A stretch of 64,000 nt of DNA from Gemmatimonadota bacterium (GTDB taxonomy: Bacteria > Gemmatimonadota > Gemmatimonadetes > Longimicrobiales > Gaopeijiaceae), in the NCBI GenBank assembly GCA_024638325.1, contig JAHEKM010000001.1, positions 18,279 to 82,278 of the forward strand. Direction: 5' to 3'. Positions 16,736-26,811 of the stretch are shown piece by piece (within the stretch, counting starts at the first letter, position 1; the number at the start of each line of letters is the position of its first letter). A program made the position numbers and the translations under genes. The notes under the pieces were generated by a model, which was not told where the DNA came from, ran no database searches, and was given only the letters and a program-made list of their open reading frames with translations.

Positions 16736-19249
16736 TCAGTCGAACCAGCGCGTGAGCCGGTCGAGAGCGTCGAGTAGATCCGGCCTCAAGTCGAGCACCG
16801 GTCGGAGGGGGTCCTCGCCGAGGCGCTTCATCCTGCGAGGGACGCTCTCGATGGTGTGCTGCTCGATCCGGAGTCGTTTGGTCACTTCCTTCCACTCGAG
16901 TGGCGCCGAGACCGGAGCCGCCGACCGGGGGCGCACGGTGAACGGGGCCGCGAGAAGTCGGCCGTGGCCGTTCTGCACGAAGTCGATATAGACCTTCCCG
17001 TCACGCCGATCCGGGTTGCGCGTCAGCGTCGCGACGTCCGGCAGCTCCGCCACCGCGACGCGCGCGAGCAGTTGGCCGAGCGTACGGGACTGCTCGTAGG
17101 TGAGCTGCCGACCCAGAGGCACAAGGACGTGGATGCCCGAGGAGCCGCTGGTCTTGGCGAACGACGGCAAGCCGATCTCGTCGCAGATGTCGTGGAGCCC
17201 GCGCGCGATCTCTACCACGTCGGTGAACGGCGCGTCCTTCGGGTCCAGGTCCAGGATGCACCAGTCCGGGCTCGACAAGGTCTCGATTCGGCTCGACCAG
17301 ACATGGAGCGGAATCGTGCCCAGGTTGATGACGTAGAGCAGCGACTCGACGTCTTCGGCCACGAAGTACGAGAGCTCGCGCTCGGAGCCCTCGCTCCACA
17401 GCGTTACGCGCTTGAACCAGTCCGGCGCGTAGGGTGGCGCGTCCTTCTGGAAGAACGACTTTCCGTCGATGCCGTCAGGGTACCGCGTCATGACCAGAGG
17501 GCGGTCCTCGAGGTACGGCAGCATCCACTCGGAGATCTGCCGGTGGTACTCGATGAGATCTCCCTTCGTGTATCCCTCCTCGGGCCAGAAGACCTTGTCG
17601 AGGTTCGTGAACGGGACCGCCTTCTCCTCGACCACCTCGATGGGCTCCGGCTCGTCCGGTTCATCATCGGGCGTGGCCTCCAGAAGACACTCCTCCGGTG
17701 GCTTGTCGTCTCGGAAGCGTGAGAACGAAGGCTGCCGCAGCAGGCCGTGGTCCGTGAGCTCCTTGTACTTCACCTCGGCTACGAGCTCGGGCGAGGTCCA
17801 GTGGTGCCCCTTCCCTTTGGGAATCTCGCCGCCGGTACAGGGGCAGTCGTCGACCTCCATGGCCTCGAGCGCCTCCAGGACCTCGTCGAGCTGAGCATCC
17901 GTGAAGCCGCTGCCCACGCTCCCCAGGTAGACGAGGTCGTCTCCGTCGTGCTGCGCCACGTGCAGCGAGCCGAATCCTCCCCTCGAGCCCTTCGGCTCGG
18001 TCCAACCGACCACGACGAAGTCGCCCGTCTGGACCGTGCGGACCTTCACCCAGCCCTTCGAGCGCCCTCCGCGATAGGTCGAGTCCGCCTTCTTGCCGAC
18101 GATTCCTTCGAGCCGCATCCGCTGGACGTGCTCGTACATCAGTTCGCCCGTCTCGGCGAGGTGATCGGTGAAACGGATGGGCCCGACGGAGGGGAGCACC
18201 TCTCGCAGCACCTCCTTCCGCTCCAGGAGCGGCAGCTTGCGGAGGTCGTGACCCTCGAGTCCGAGGATGTCGAAAGCGTGATAGACGGCGGGCAGCTCCA
18301 CGCTACTGCGCAGCGCATCGTCCCGGTTGAGGATGCGCCCGCGCCGCTGAAGCCGGGAGAAGGATGGCTTGCCCTCCGCGTCGTTCACGACGACCTCCCC
18401 GTCGAGGATCAGCCCCTCGTACGGCAAGCCCCGCACCGCTCGGGCGATCTCCGGGAACGTCGCGGTCAGGTCGTGGCCCGCACGGGAACGCAGGTACGCC
18501 TCGCCGTCCGAGCGCTCCGCGAGCAAGCGATACCCGTCGAGCTTGAGCTCGAAGATCCATCCCTCGCGACTGAACGGCTTCTCGGCGGACGAAGCGAGCA
18601 TCAGGCTCACGTCCTTCGCCCGTAGCGTGCCCTTCTTTGCTCCCCGCTCCTCGAGGGACTCGGCCAACTCGTCCGCGAGCTCGTCGGCCCTCGGGAAGTC
18701 GTCGACGGTGAGGCCGGAGTAGATCGAGTCGTCCGGGTAGTCCTCCGTCGAGGACTCGGGATCCATATATGCGTCTCGCTCCTTGATGAGGAGCCATGAA
18801 CTCTCGGACTGCTTGGTCTTCACCAAGGTCCAGTTGCCGTGGAGCTTGTGGCCCCTCAGCTCGAACAGGAGCTTGCCCTTCTCCAGCCCCTCGTGGGCGT
18901 CTTCGATGGGCACCCAGGTCCCCCGGTCCCAGACGATCATGGCTCCGGCGCCGTACTCCCCCTCGGGAATCACGCCCTCGAACTCGGCGTACTCGAGGGG
19001 GTGATCCTCGGTCTGCATCGCGAGACGCTTGTCCGCCTGGTTGGGGGACGGACCCTTGGGCACGGCCCAGGAGAGCAGCACCCCGTCGAGCTCCAACCGC
19101 AGGTCCCAGTGGAGGCTACGCGCCGCGTGCTTCTGCACCACGAAGATGCTCCCCCCGGCGACCACCCGGCCTCCGAACGGCTCCGGCGTGCGCGACGCCT
19201 TCCGCTTCTCGCGGTAGGTAGCGAGACGTTCGTCGCGGGTGGGGGTCAT
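16736..19249 (-). CDS. ligD: NHEJ DNA ligase D (phosphoesterase-ligase-polymerase order)
   Basis: PE: VVQKHAARSLHWDLRLE, SWAVPKGPS, EDHPLEY; ligase: ELKLDGYR, EGIVGK; Pol: FFQKD, LDLDP, KTSGSSGIH, YIDFVQN. Confidence 0.96.
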   Translation of the reverse strand: MTPTRDERLATYREKRKASRTPEPFGGRVVAGGSIFVVQKHAARSLHWDLRLELDGVLLSWAVPKGPSPNQADKRLAMQTEDHPLEYAEFEGVIPEGEYGAGAMIVWDRGTWVPIEDAHEGLEKGKLLFELRGHKLHGNWTLVKTKQSESSWLLIKERDAYMDPESSTEDYPDDSIYSGLTVDDFPRADELADELAESLEERGAKKGTLRAKDVSLMLASSAEKPFSREGWIFELKLDGYRLLAERSDGEAYLRSRAGHDLTATFPEIARAVRGLPYEGLILDGEVVVNDAEGKPSFSRLQRRGRILNRDDALRSSVELPAVYHAFDILGLEGHDLRKLPLLERKEVLREVLPSVGPIRFTDHLAETGELMYEHVQRMRLEGIVGKKADSTYRGGRSKGWVKVRTVQTGDFVVVGWTEPKGSRGGFGSLHVAQHDGDDLVYLGSVGSGFTDAQLDEVLEALEAMEVDDCPCTGGEIPKGKGHHWTSPELVAEVKYKELTDHGLLRQPSFSRFRDDKPPEECLLEATPDDEPDEPEPIEVVEEKAVPFTNLDKVFWPEEGYTKGDLIEYHRQISEWMLPYLEDRPLVMTRYPDGIDGKSFFQKDAPPYAPDWFKRVTLWSEGSERELSYFVAEDVESLLYVINLGTIPLHVWSSRIETLSSPDWCILDLDPKDAPFTDVVEIARGLHDICDEIGLPSFAKTSGSSGIHVLVPLGRQLTYEQSRTLGQLLARVAVAELPDVATLTRNPDRRDGKVYIDFVQNGHGRLLAAPFTVRPRSAAPVSAPLEWKEVTKRLRIEQHTIESVPRRMKRLGEDPLRPVLDLRPDLLDALDRLTRWFD

Positions 19250-19370
19250 GGGGCGGGCTGTGCCGGATGTGGGGCCATGAACAGAAGGTACAGACGGCCA
19301 GCGCATGTAGCAGGCGGCGTATCCCCCGCTACTTTCGCACGACAACCACAGTCACACGAGCAAACGAGCC

Positions 19371-20210
19371 ATGCCCAGACTCGAAGCAGGTGGCGCGCCC
19401 GGATCGCGCAGGGCCGCCACATACCGCATCATCTTCCACACGGACACGGGATGGGCGCGGACGTTCGACGTCGCGCTGATCGTAGCCATCATCACGAGCG
19501 TCGCGGTCGTCATGTTGGACTCGGTGGCCGCATTCCGCGCCGAGCACGGCGAGCCGCTGCGAGTGCTCGAGTGGGTGTTTACGGGGCTCTTCACGGTGGA
19601 GTACCTGCTGCGCCTCTGGAGCGTGCGATCGCCGAAGACCTACGCGCTCAGCTTCTTCGGCCTCATCGACCTGCTCTCGGTGATCCCGACCTACCTCAGC
19701 CTGCTCTTCCCCGGCGGTCAGTTCCTGGTGGTCATTCGGGTGCTGCGGGTCATGCGCGTCTTCCGCGTGCTGAAGCTTGCCCAATACGTCGGCGAAGCGA
19801 GCGTCCTCGGCAACGCCCTGCGCGCTGCCCGCTACAAGATCTCCGTATTCCTGGTCGCGGTCCTGACCATTGTCATCATCGTGGGTTCCATGATGTACCT
19901 CGTCGAGGGCGCGAACGCCGGCTTCACGAGCATCCCCATCGGGGTGTACTGGGCCATCGTGACGCTCACCACGGTCGGATACGGTGATATCGCACCGATC
20001 ACACCCATCGGGCAGGCGCTGGCCTCCTTCGTGATGATCCTCGGGTACGGCATCATCGCCGTGCCCACGGGCATCGTCACCTCGGAGCTGACCGCGCAGG
20101 CCCGAGTGGGCACGCCGAGCACGCCGACACGCTCGTGCATGTCGTGTGGAACCCATGAGACGGACCCCGGGGCGATCTACTGCCGTCGGTGCGGCGTGGC
20201 GCTGGCATGA
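19371..20210 (+). CDS. Voltage-gated-type potassium channel (ion transporter) with C-terminal zinc ribbon
   Basis: S4 RVLRVMRVFRVLK, filter TTVGYGD, C-terminal CMSC...CRRC. Confidence 0.92.
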   Translation: MPRLEAGGAPGSRRAATYRIIFHTDTGWARTFDVALIVAIITSVAVVMLDSVAAFRAEHGEPLRVLEWVFTGLFTVEYLLRLWSVRSPKTYALSFFGLIDLLSVIPTYLSLLFPGGQFLVVIRVLRVMRVFRVLKLAQYVGEASVLGNALRAARYKISVFLVAVLTIVIIVGSMMYLVEGANAGFTSIPIGVYWAIVTLTTVGYGDIAPITPIGQALASFVMILGYGIIAVPTGIVTSELTAQARVGTPSTPTRSCMSCGTHETDPGAIYCRRCGVALA

Positions 20211-20221
20211 CCGCGTCGTGC

Positions 20222-20252
20222 TTGCAACGCGCTCACGGGTGAACATACGTTT
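20222..20252 (+). promoter_or_regulatory. Putative sigma70 promoter of ku, overlapped by a GAAC-N4-GTTT motif
   Basis: TTGCAA at 20222-20227, TACGTT at 20246-20251; GAACATACGTTT at 20241-20252. Confidence 0.35.
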
Positions 20253-20260
20253 CCAGGACT

Positions 20261-21130
20261 ATGGCTGCGCGCGCAATTGGAACGTCGACCATCGCCTTCG
20301 GGCTGGTCTCCCTCCCCGTCAAGATCTACTCGACGAGCGAGTCGTCCCGTAAGGTCTCCTTCAACATGATCTGGAAGGAGCGGGGCGTTCGTGTCCGTCA
20401 GCAGTACATCGACCCGGCGGACGGAGCCGTCGTCCCCAGGGACGAGATCGTGAAGGGGTACGAGTTCGCCAAGGATCAGTACGTGCTCTTCACGCCCGAG
20501 GAGCTCGAGGTCGTCGAGGCGCCCAAGTCCGACGAGATCGAGATCGTGAGCTTTGTCCCCGCCGACACGGTGGGACGCCTGTACTTCAACAAGGCGTACT
20601 ACCTCGGTCCCGACAAAGGCGGCGCTCGCGCCTACCGACTTCTCGGGGCCGCGCTCCGCGAGACCGACCGGGTCGCCATCGCCAAGCACGCCACACGGGG
20701 CAAGCAGTACATCGTCATGATCCGGCCGCACGACGAGGGGCTCCTTATGGAGCAGCTCTACTACGCGGACGAGATCCGGCCTTTCGGCGAGGTGCCGCTC
20801 GAGGACGGTGAGGTAAACGAGGCAGAGCTACAGCTCGCCAAGCAGCTCATCGATCAGGCAGCGTCGGACGCGTTCGATCCGGCTCGGTTCAAGGATGAGG
20901 TCCGCGAGAAGACGCTCGAGCTCATCGAAGCGAAGATCGCCGGGCAGGAGATCACCGCTGCCCCGGCCGAGGAGTCGAAGACCAAGATCATCGACCTGAT
21001 GGCCGCTCTGAAGGCGTCGATCGAAGAGGACGAGAAGGAGCGCAAGCCCGCGTCACGCGCTGGCAAGAAGAGCAAGAGTGCCGACAAGCCCAAGAAGAAG
21101 TCCACGCGCAAGAAAGCCGCGTCGGGCTGA
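20261..21130 (+). CDS. ku: NHEJ end-binding protein Ku
   Basis: IAFGLVSLPVK, EIVKGYE, YYL.PD.GG.RAY.LL, KIIDLMAALKAS, basic Lys-rich tail. Confidence 0.96.
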   Translation: MAARAIGTSTIAFGLVSLPVKIYSTSESSRKVSFNMIWKERGVRVRQQYIDPADGAVVPRDEIVKGYEFAKDQYVLFTPEELEVVEAPKSDEIEIVSFVPADTVGRLYFNKAYYLGPDKGGARAYRLLGAALRETDRVAIAKHATRGKQYIVMIRPHDEGLLMEQLYYADEIRPFGEVPLEDGEVNEAELQLAKQLIDQAASDAFDPARFKDEVREKTLELIEAKIAGQEITAAPAEESKTKIIDLMAALKASIEEDEKERKPASRAGKKSKSADKPKKKSTRKKAASG

Positions 21131-21146
21131 CCTCTCCGGCGCGGAG

Positions 21147-21992
21147 ATGAAGGGCTTCTCCACCCGGGAAGTCGCCGAGGTTCTCGGCCTTCCGACCTCG
21201 CAGATCCTCTCCTGGGCCAGGAGCGGACTGCTCACGCCCGAGCGGGGACCCAAGGGCGCCTACTTCTTCTCGTTCCAAGACATCGTGTTGCTGCGTGCGG
21301 CCAGGGAGTTGCTCGACTCCGAGGTGCCGGCTCGGCGCGTCCGCGCGGCGCTCGAGTCGCTGCGCAAGCAGCTGCCCGTGGGCCGACCGCTGAGCGCGGT
21401 CCACATCTCCGCAGTGGGCGATCGCGTCCTGGTGAGAGACGAGGACACGGTGTGGGAGCCGGACTCGGGACAGCTCGCCATGGACTTCTCAGTCGCCGAG
21501 GTCGCGCAGCGCGTCGCGCCGCACGCGCGCCGCGTGCTGGCCGCGCAGGCCGGTGCGCCCGACATGTCAGCAGACGACTGGTACGACGCTGCCCTGGACC
21601 TGGAGGCGGTATCGTCCGAGAGCGCCACCGCCGCATATCGCGAAGCGCTGACGCTCGATCCGGAGCACGCCGACGCACACGTGAACCTCGGCCGGCTTCT
21701 CCACGAACAGGGCGCTCTCGCCGAGGCCGAAACGCACTACCGGAAGGCAGCCGCCGCGGACCACGAGTCGGGTCGGGCCCAGTACAACCTCGGGGTCGTC
21801 CTGGAGGATCAGGGGCGCTCGGCCGAAGCGATGGACGCCTACCGCGAGGCCCTGGCCGTGGATGGTGCGCTCGGCGCGGCGCACTTCAACCTGTCACGCC
21901 TGTACGAAGCCGCGGGAGACGAGGCGGCAGCCCTTAGCCATCTGGCGGCGTACAAGAGGCTGCTCGAAGGCGCGCGAGCGGAGGGCGCCTGA
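21147..21992 (+). CDS. MerR-type HTH plus tetratricopeptide repeat protein
   Basis: FSTREVAEVLGL...SWARSGLL..FSFQD HTH; TPRs AHVNLGRL, AQYNLGVV, AHFNLSRL; GGAG RBS, 16 nt after ku. Confidence 0.85.
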   Translation: MKGFSTREVAEVLGLPTSQILSWARSGLLTPERGPKGAYFFSFQDIVLLRAARELLDSEVPARRVRAALESLRKQLPVGRPLSAVHISAVGDRVLVRDEDTVWEPDSGQLAMDFSVAEVAQRVAPHARRVLAAQAGAPDMSADDWYDAALDLEAVSSESATAAYREALTLDPEHADAHVNLGRLLHEQGALAEAETHYRKAAAADHESGRAQYNLGVVLEDQGRSAEAMDAYREALAVDGALGAAHFNLSRLYEAAGDEAAALSHLAAYKRLLEGARAEGA

Positions 21993-22024
21993 GCGAGCGG
22001 CGTACCGTGACCCCGTCGACTTCC

Positions 22025-22537
22025 CTAGATCTCCGACCTCACCCGCCTGGCCGCCATGACCTTGTCGGCCGGCCCCAGGTGGCCCAACCGCTTGAGCTGC
22101 GCTCCGAGCGCTCCCATGTGGTACCCCTCGTGCCAGGCGTAGAACACGACTTGGTCACGCAGGGTGCGCTCCTCGCGGACCCCCACCGCCGGACGCTCGA
22201 AGAACGCGTCGCTCTTCGACGTCAGGACCTGGGCGAAGTCCTCGGCGACACGGTCCCACGCCGAGGCGAGCTGTGCCACGGTAGGGTAGTCGCTGCCATC
22301 GGTGGCCTCCGCCTCGGCGAACTGGGCCTCCCAGGGATTCTCGCGCTCGGCCCCCAGCAACCCCATGACATGATGCCGGTAGTGGAGAAGGTGACCCACG
22401 ATCCAGGCGATGGACGGGCCCTCGTCGACGCGAGCCCGCATGCGGGCGTCCTCGTCGGACAAGTCCTCCAGCACGAGCGGAACGAGATAGTCGGTCATGC
22501 CGAACGTGCCCATCAGGGTCTCGGCCGTACTCGGCAT
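22025..22537 (-). CDS. DinB/YfiT-like metalloprotein
   Basis: SIAWIVGHL and HEGYH His triad. Confidence 0.8.
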   Translation of the reverse strand: MPSTAETLMGTFGMTDYLVPLVLEDLSDEDARMRARVDEGPSIAWIVGHLLHYRHHVMGLLGAERENPWEAQFAEAEATDGSDYPTVAQLASAWDRVAEDFAQVLTSKSDAFFERPAVGVREERTLRDQVVFYAWHEGYHMGALGAQLKRLGHLGPADKVMAARRVRSEI

Positions 22538-22563
22538 GCTAAGACCGTGCGCCCATCACCCGC

Positions 22564-24096
22564 TCAGTCCGCTGCCGCGGCGGCTCCGGTCCTCTCGAGC
22601 CCTGCCCAGCGTTTGACGATCGGTGCCAGCACCAGTGCGACGATCGCCGCCGCGGTTGTCGTGAGCGCGACGCTGCGGAACAGCGCCGAGGGCTCCATCG
22701 ACTCGAGCCGCCCCCCGACCAGGCCCGCGAACAGGTTTCCGAGCGCGGCGCCCACGAACCAGATCCCCATCATCTGACCCACGCGGTTCCTCGGCGACAG
22801 CTTAGTGATCGCGGACAGGCCGATGGGCGAGATGCAGAGCTCACCCACCGTGAATAGGAAGTACGTCACGACCAACCACGCCGGTGAGACGAGCGTGTCG
22901 GTCGACGCGTTCGCGGCGCCCCAGGCGAGCACGAAGAAGCCGACCGCCAACCCGGTGAGGCCGAGCCCGGCCTTCATGGGAATCGACGGATCGGCGTTGC
23001 GTTGCTCGAGCCAGACCCAGAGCGAGCCGAACGCGGGTGCCATCAGGATGATCCAGATCGGATTCACCGACTGCAGCCACGACGCCGGCCACTCGCGCCC
23101 CATGAAGGTCCGGTCGGTCAGGTCACGGGCGAAGATGTTCATCGAGGTCCCAGCCTGCTCGAACCCCGACCAGAAGATCGCGATGAGGATGAAGAGCCAG
23201 AAGATGACGAACATCTTCTTGTTCTCTTCCGCAGTGTGGCCGCCGAAGGTCCACACGTACACGAAGTAGAGCGCGACGATAATGAGGACCGCGTAGCCCA
23301 TGACGGTCGCGATCTGCGTAAGCGTGTACGGGAAGACGCCGACGGAGACCAGGTAGCCGAACGCGACGACCGCCGCGACGACGGCGAAGAACCCGCCGAA
23401 GAACTTCTTCGACTTCGAGGCCAACTGTTCCGGCGTGTCGTCCGTCTCGAGAAGCCCGATGTCTCCCAGATGGCTCATACCGGCCCGGTACTGGAGCAGC
23501 CCTATGACCATGCCGACGCCCGCGGCTCCGAAGCCCCAATGCCAGTTGTTACCCTCGCCCAGATAGCCCGTGATCATGGGCCCGAGGAACGCGCCGAGGT
23601 TGATGCCCATGTAGAAGACGGAGAAGCCCGCGTCCCGCCGCGCCCCGCCCTCGGGATACAGCTCGCCGACGACAGTGCTGATGTTCGGCTTCAAGAGCCC
23701 CGTACCGCAGGTGATGAAGACCATGCCCAGGAAGAAGGCGAACGTGCTGGGCACGGCCATGGTGAAGTGGCCCAGCGCGATGATCCACCCACCGACCCAC
23801 ACCGCCTTGCGCTGCCCCCACAGGTTGTCCGCGACCCAGCCACCAGGGAGGGTCAGGATGTATACCAGCGCCGTGTAGAGGCCGTAGATCGCACCCGCAG
23901 TGGCCACATCCAGCCCGAGGCCGGGGTTCGCCCCGATCGTCTCGGTTGTCATGTAGAGCGTGAGCAGCGCCCTCATGCCGTAGTACGAGAAGCGCTCCCA
24001 CATCTCCGTGAAGAAGAGCGTGGCGAGGCCACGCGGGTGACCGAAGAAGGTCCCCCCGGTGGGTTGGCTGGTCTCGGATTGGGCGGTGGTCGTCAC
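22564..24096 (-). CDS. Proton-dependent oligopeptide transporter (POT/PTR, DtpT-like)
   Basis: GHPRGL..LFFTEMWERFSYYG, GTGLLKPNIS, FYMGINLG, GELCISP. Confidence 0.95.
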   Translation of the reverse strand: MTTTAQSETSQPTGGTFFGHPRGLATLFFTEMWERFSYYGMRALLTLYMTTETIGANPGLGLDVATAGAIYGLYTALVYILTLPGGWVADNLWGQRKAVWVGGWIIALGHFTMAVPSTFAFFLGMVFITCGTGLLKPNISTVVGELYPEGGARRDAGFSVFYMGINLGAFLGPMITGYLGEGNNWHWGFGAAGVGMVIGLLQYRAGMSHLGDIGLLETDDTPEQLASKSKKFFGGFFAVVAAVVAFGYLVSVGVFPYTLTQIATVMGYAVLIIVALYFVYVWTFGGHTAEENKKMFVIFWLFILIAIFWSGFEQAGTSMNIFARDLTDRTFMGREWPASWLQSVNPIWIILMAPAFGSLWVWLEQRNADPSIPMKAGLGLTGLAVGFFVLAWGAANASTDTLVSPAWLVVTYFLFTVGELCISPIGLSAITKLSPRNRVGQMMGIWFVGAALGNLFAGLVGGRLESMEPSALFRSVALTTTAAAIVALVLAPIVKRWAGLERTGAAAAAD

Positions 24097-24221
24097 GGTC
24101 GGATCGGCCTCCTGTCAGACGTCGCGCACCTCGTGGAGATACGGGCCCTCACGACCCGTATGTCGGGTATTACGGCCCCCCGCGCAAGTCGATGACGGGC
24201 CGCCGGCAAGCGTGGTTTGGC

Positions 24222-26681
24222 CTACTGTCCGCTGGTCTCCCACGCGTAGTCGAGCTGTTGGAGCCGAGCGGGCGATCCCTCGAAGAGCCCCTCGGGATAC
24301 GTGCGATATCGGGCCAGGTCGCGGTAGATCCGGTCGGCTTCGTAGAGGTTCGAGCCGAGGCCAGCCAGGTACTGGAGCCGGAGGTTCCGGTCCCGGTTGA
24401 TTTGCGCGTCCTCCAGCCACGGGTCGAGCTCGGGCCTCTTGGCCGCGAAGGTCGCCATCAACTGGGCGGCGGAGTAGAAGCCGACCTCGGCCAGCGAGCG
24501 CACCACCGGGTCGAACTCCGGTCGCTCGAGCTTCTCGTCGATGGCATCCAGGTCGATGGGGCCCGGGCTCTGCTGCGCCAGCAGGACCACGTCGTAGCCC
24601 CGACCGTACGCGAGGTTCGCGAACACCATCCCGTCGGGGAACACCTCGAGGAACGTGGCGACCTCGCTCTTCACCGCGTCGAGCGTGCTCTCGTAGAGCT
24701 GCACGAAGACGGTGACGACTCCGCCGGGGTTGAGATGCTCCTGCACCTCCTCCCAGAACTCGACCGTGTAGAGCGTCGCCGCGCCCTTAACCCACGGATC
24801 GAACGGATCGGAGGTGATCGCGTCGAACTTCCGGTCGGTGGTGAGGAGGTAGTGGCGCGCGTCGTCGATGACGACCTGGGTCTTGGGGTTGTCGACGACG
24901 TCGAAGTTGTGCTCGCCGAACTCGCGCGAGACCACCTCGGGCACGAGTGGCTCGATCTCGACGATGGTGAGGGAGTCCACAGTGGGGTCGATGCTCACCG
25001 CCCCGGCGGTCACGCCCGCGCCGCACCCGATCACCATCACCGACCGTGCCTGCGCAGGAAGGAGGGTCGTGAGGTGGCCGAGCATCCTCTGCAGTCTCAT
25101 GTCCTGCGGCTCACTCGAGGCTTGCACCTTACCCGCATTGTGGTAGTTGCGGTCGCCGTTGGCGAGCTCCGAGACCGCCATCGACGAATTCATGCCTTCG
25201 CCGACGTAGACGAAGTCGATGTAGTCGGCCCCCTGGTACGTCGGTGCGTAGCGGCCGTATCCGACGAGCAGAGCGGGCACACGCGGTATCGTGCTGCCGA
25301 ACAACGCCGCTGCCAGCACCACCACCAGGACGCGGGCGACGCTCCGGCCCCCGAGGGCGATCCGTCCCTGTTCGCGATCCCACGTGACGGCGAGCATGAG
25401 GAGCGCCGATACGGCCGCGAGGGCGATCATGACCCGCTGTGTGGTCTGCGTCCCGACCCAGCCGATCAGGACGATGCTCGACAGAACTGCGCCGAAGATC
25501 GCGCCGACTGTATTCGCGGCGTATACGCGGCCAACGAGACGACCAGGGTCCTGACCCTTCTCGGCGACCGCGGCGAGCGCGAGCGGAAAGCTCGCCCCCC
25601 AAAGCGCGGCGGCGGGAAACGCGATCAGCACCGCTCGGAAGAAGTCGAACTGGAAGTTGTACCACGGGTTGAACGCGATGGACGGGTTCACGGGCCACTT
25701 CGGCAGCGCATCGAGAAGGAGGTACGCTGCCCAAGCCAGACCGGCTACCACGAGGAGCTGCGCCCAGCCCAGGGCCCTTCGAGGATCTCTCGTGTGCCGG
25801 GCCATGAAGGACCCGACGCTGCTTCCCACACCGATGCCGAAGAGGAACGACGCGAGAATCAGCGAGAACGTGTACGTCGTCCCGCCGAAATTCAGTGACA
25901 TGAGCCGCGTCCACACGACCTCGGCGCCGAGCGCAGTCGCGCCCGAGAGCCCAATTGCGACGAGAACCAGACCCGCTCCCGGCGCCATCCGAACCGGCTC
26001 GGCGCCGTCCGCGGCCTGGTCTGTTCGGTCATAGGCAACGAATCGGGACAGCACGTAGCCCGCGGCCGCGACCGCCAGGTTGAGGAGAACGGCCGCGTAC
26101 GTGGCGACGGCCACGTCGTGCACACGCAGCAGGTAGAAGCCGGCGGCCAGGCAGCCGAGGACGGCCCCGAAGGTGTTGCCCCCGTAGAAGAAGCCGAGCC
26201 AGGAAACGCCCTTCGGCGTGGTCTCCACCCAACGCGAGATGGCGGGTAGCGTGGCCCCCATCATGATGGTGGGCGGCAGGAGAAACAGCGCGCAGAAGAC
26301 CGCTCGCACCACGATGCCGCTCATGCCCGGCCCACCGATGGACGTATAGAGTCCGCCCACGTAGGGAAGCAGCCAGAGCACCAGGAGCCCGAAGAGCCCG
26401 ATCCCCGCCTCGAGCACCGCGTACACCACGAGCGGGTGGCGGGCCGACGAGACGTACCGGGAAAGGCCGAGGCTCCCGATGCACATCCCCCCCATGAACG
26501 TCGCCAGCAGCACACCGAGCGAGATGGCCGAGGAGCCGACGATCAGCGAGAGCAGCTGGAACCAGACGATCTCGTATATGAGCGCAGCACAGCCGCTGGC
26601 CACGAACAGCAGGACGAGCCCCGGCAGGTACCGATCGGCGGGGGAGGCTGCCGTCGGAGTCGGCGTCGCTGCGGTGGTCAT
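24222..26681 (-). CDS. Fused membrane domain / spermidine synthase-like (SAM-binding) protein
   Basis: Two repeats of SG..AL.(Y/A)E.VW membrane module; C-terminal VMVIGCGAGVT, VEIE, DDAR, DAITSDP. Confidence 0.88.
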   Translation of the reverse strand: MTTAATPTPTAASPADRYLPGLVLLFVASGCAALIYEIVWFQLLSLIVGSSAISLGVLLATFMGGMCIGSLGLSRYVSSARHPLVVYAVLEAGIGLFGLLVLWLLPYVGGLYTSIGGPGMSGIVVRAVFCALFLLPPTIMMGATLPAISRWVETTPKGVSWLGFFYGGNTFGAVLGCLAAGFYLLRVHDVAVATYAAVLLNLAVAAAGYVLSRFVAYDRTDQAADGAEPVRMAPGAGLVLVAIGLSGATALGAEVVWTRLMSLNFGGTTYTFSLILASFLFGIGVGSSVGSFMARHTRDPRRALGWAQLLVVAGLAWAAYLLLDALPKWPVNPSIAFNPWYNFQFDFFRAVLIAFPAAALWGASFPLALAAVAEKGQDPGRLVGRVYAANTVGAIFGAVLSSIVLIGWVGTQTTQRVMIALAAVSALLMLAVTWDREQGRIALGGRSVARVLVVVLAAALFGSTIPRVPALLVGYGRYAPTYQGADYIDFVYVGEGMNSSMAVSELANGDRNYHNAGKVQASSEPQDMRLQRMLGHLTTLLPAQARSVMVIGCGAGVTAGAVSIDPTVDSLTIVEIEPLVPEVVSREFGEHNFDVVDNPKTQVVIDDARHYLLTTDRKFDAITSDPFDPWVKGAATLYTVEFWEEVQEHLNPGGVVTVFVQLYESTLDAVKSEVATFLEVFPDGMVFANLAYGRGYDVVLLAQQSPGPIDLDAIDEKLERPEFDPVVRSLAEVGFYSAAQLMATFAAKRPELDPWLEDAQINRDRNLRLQYLAGLGSNLYEADRIYRDLARYRTYPEGLFEGSPARLQQLDYAWETSGQ

Positions 26682-26811
26682 GGGCACCTTTCGGGGTGTC
26701 GGGGCGGAACGCGGCACAAAGCGGGGCGGCGTCCCGTAAGGGTGTGGGTGGACATCCCGCCAAGAGTCGCCTTCAATTGAGCGCGCCCCCCTACGCTACG
26801 CGAGAGGTCCG

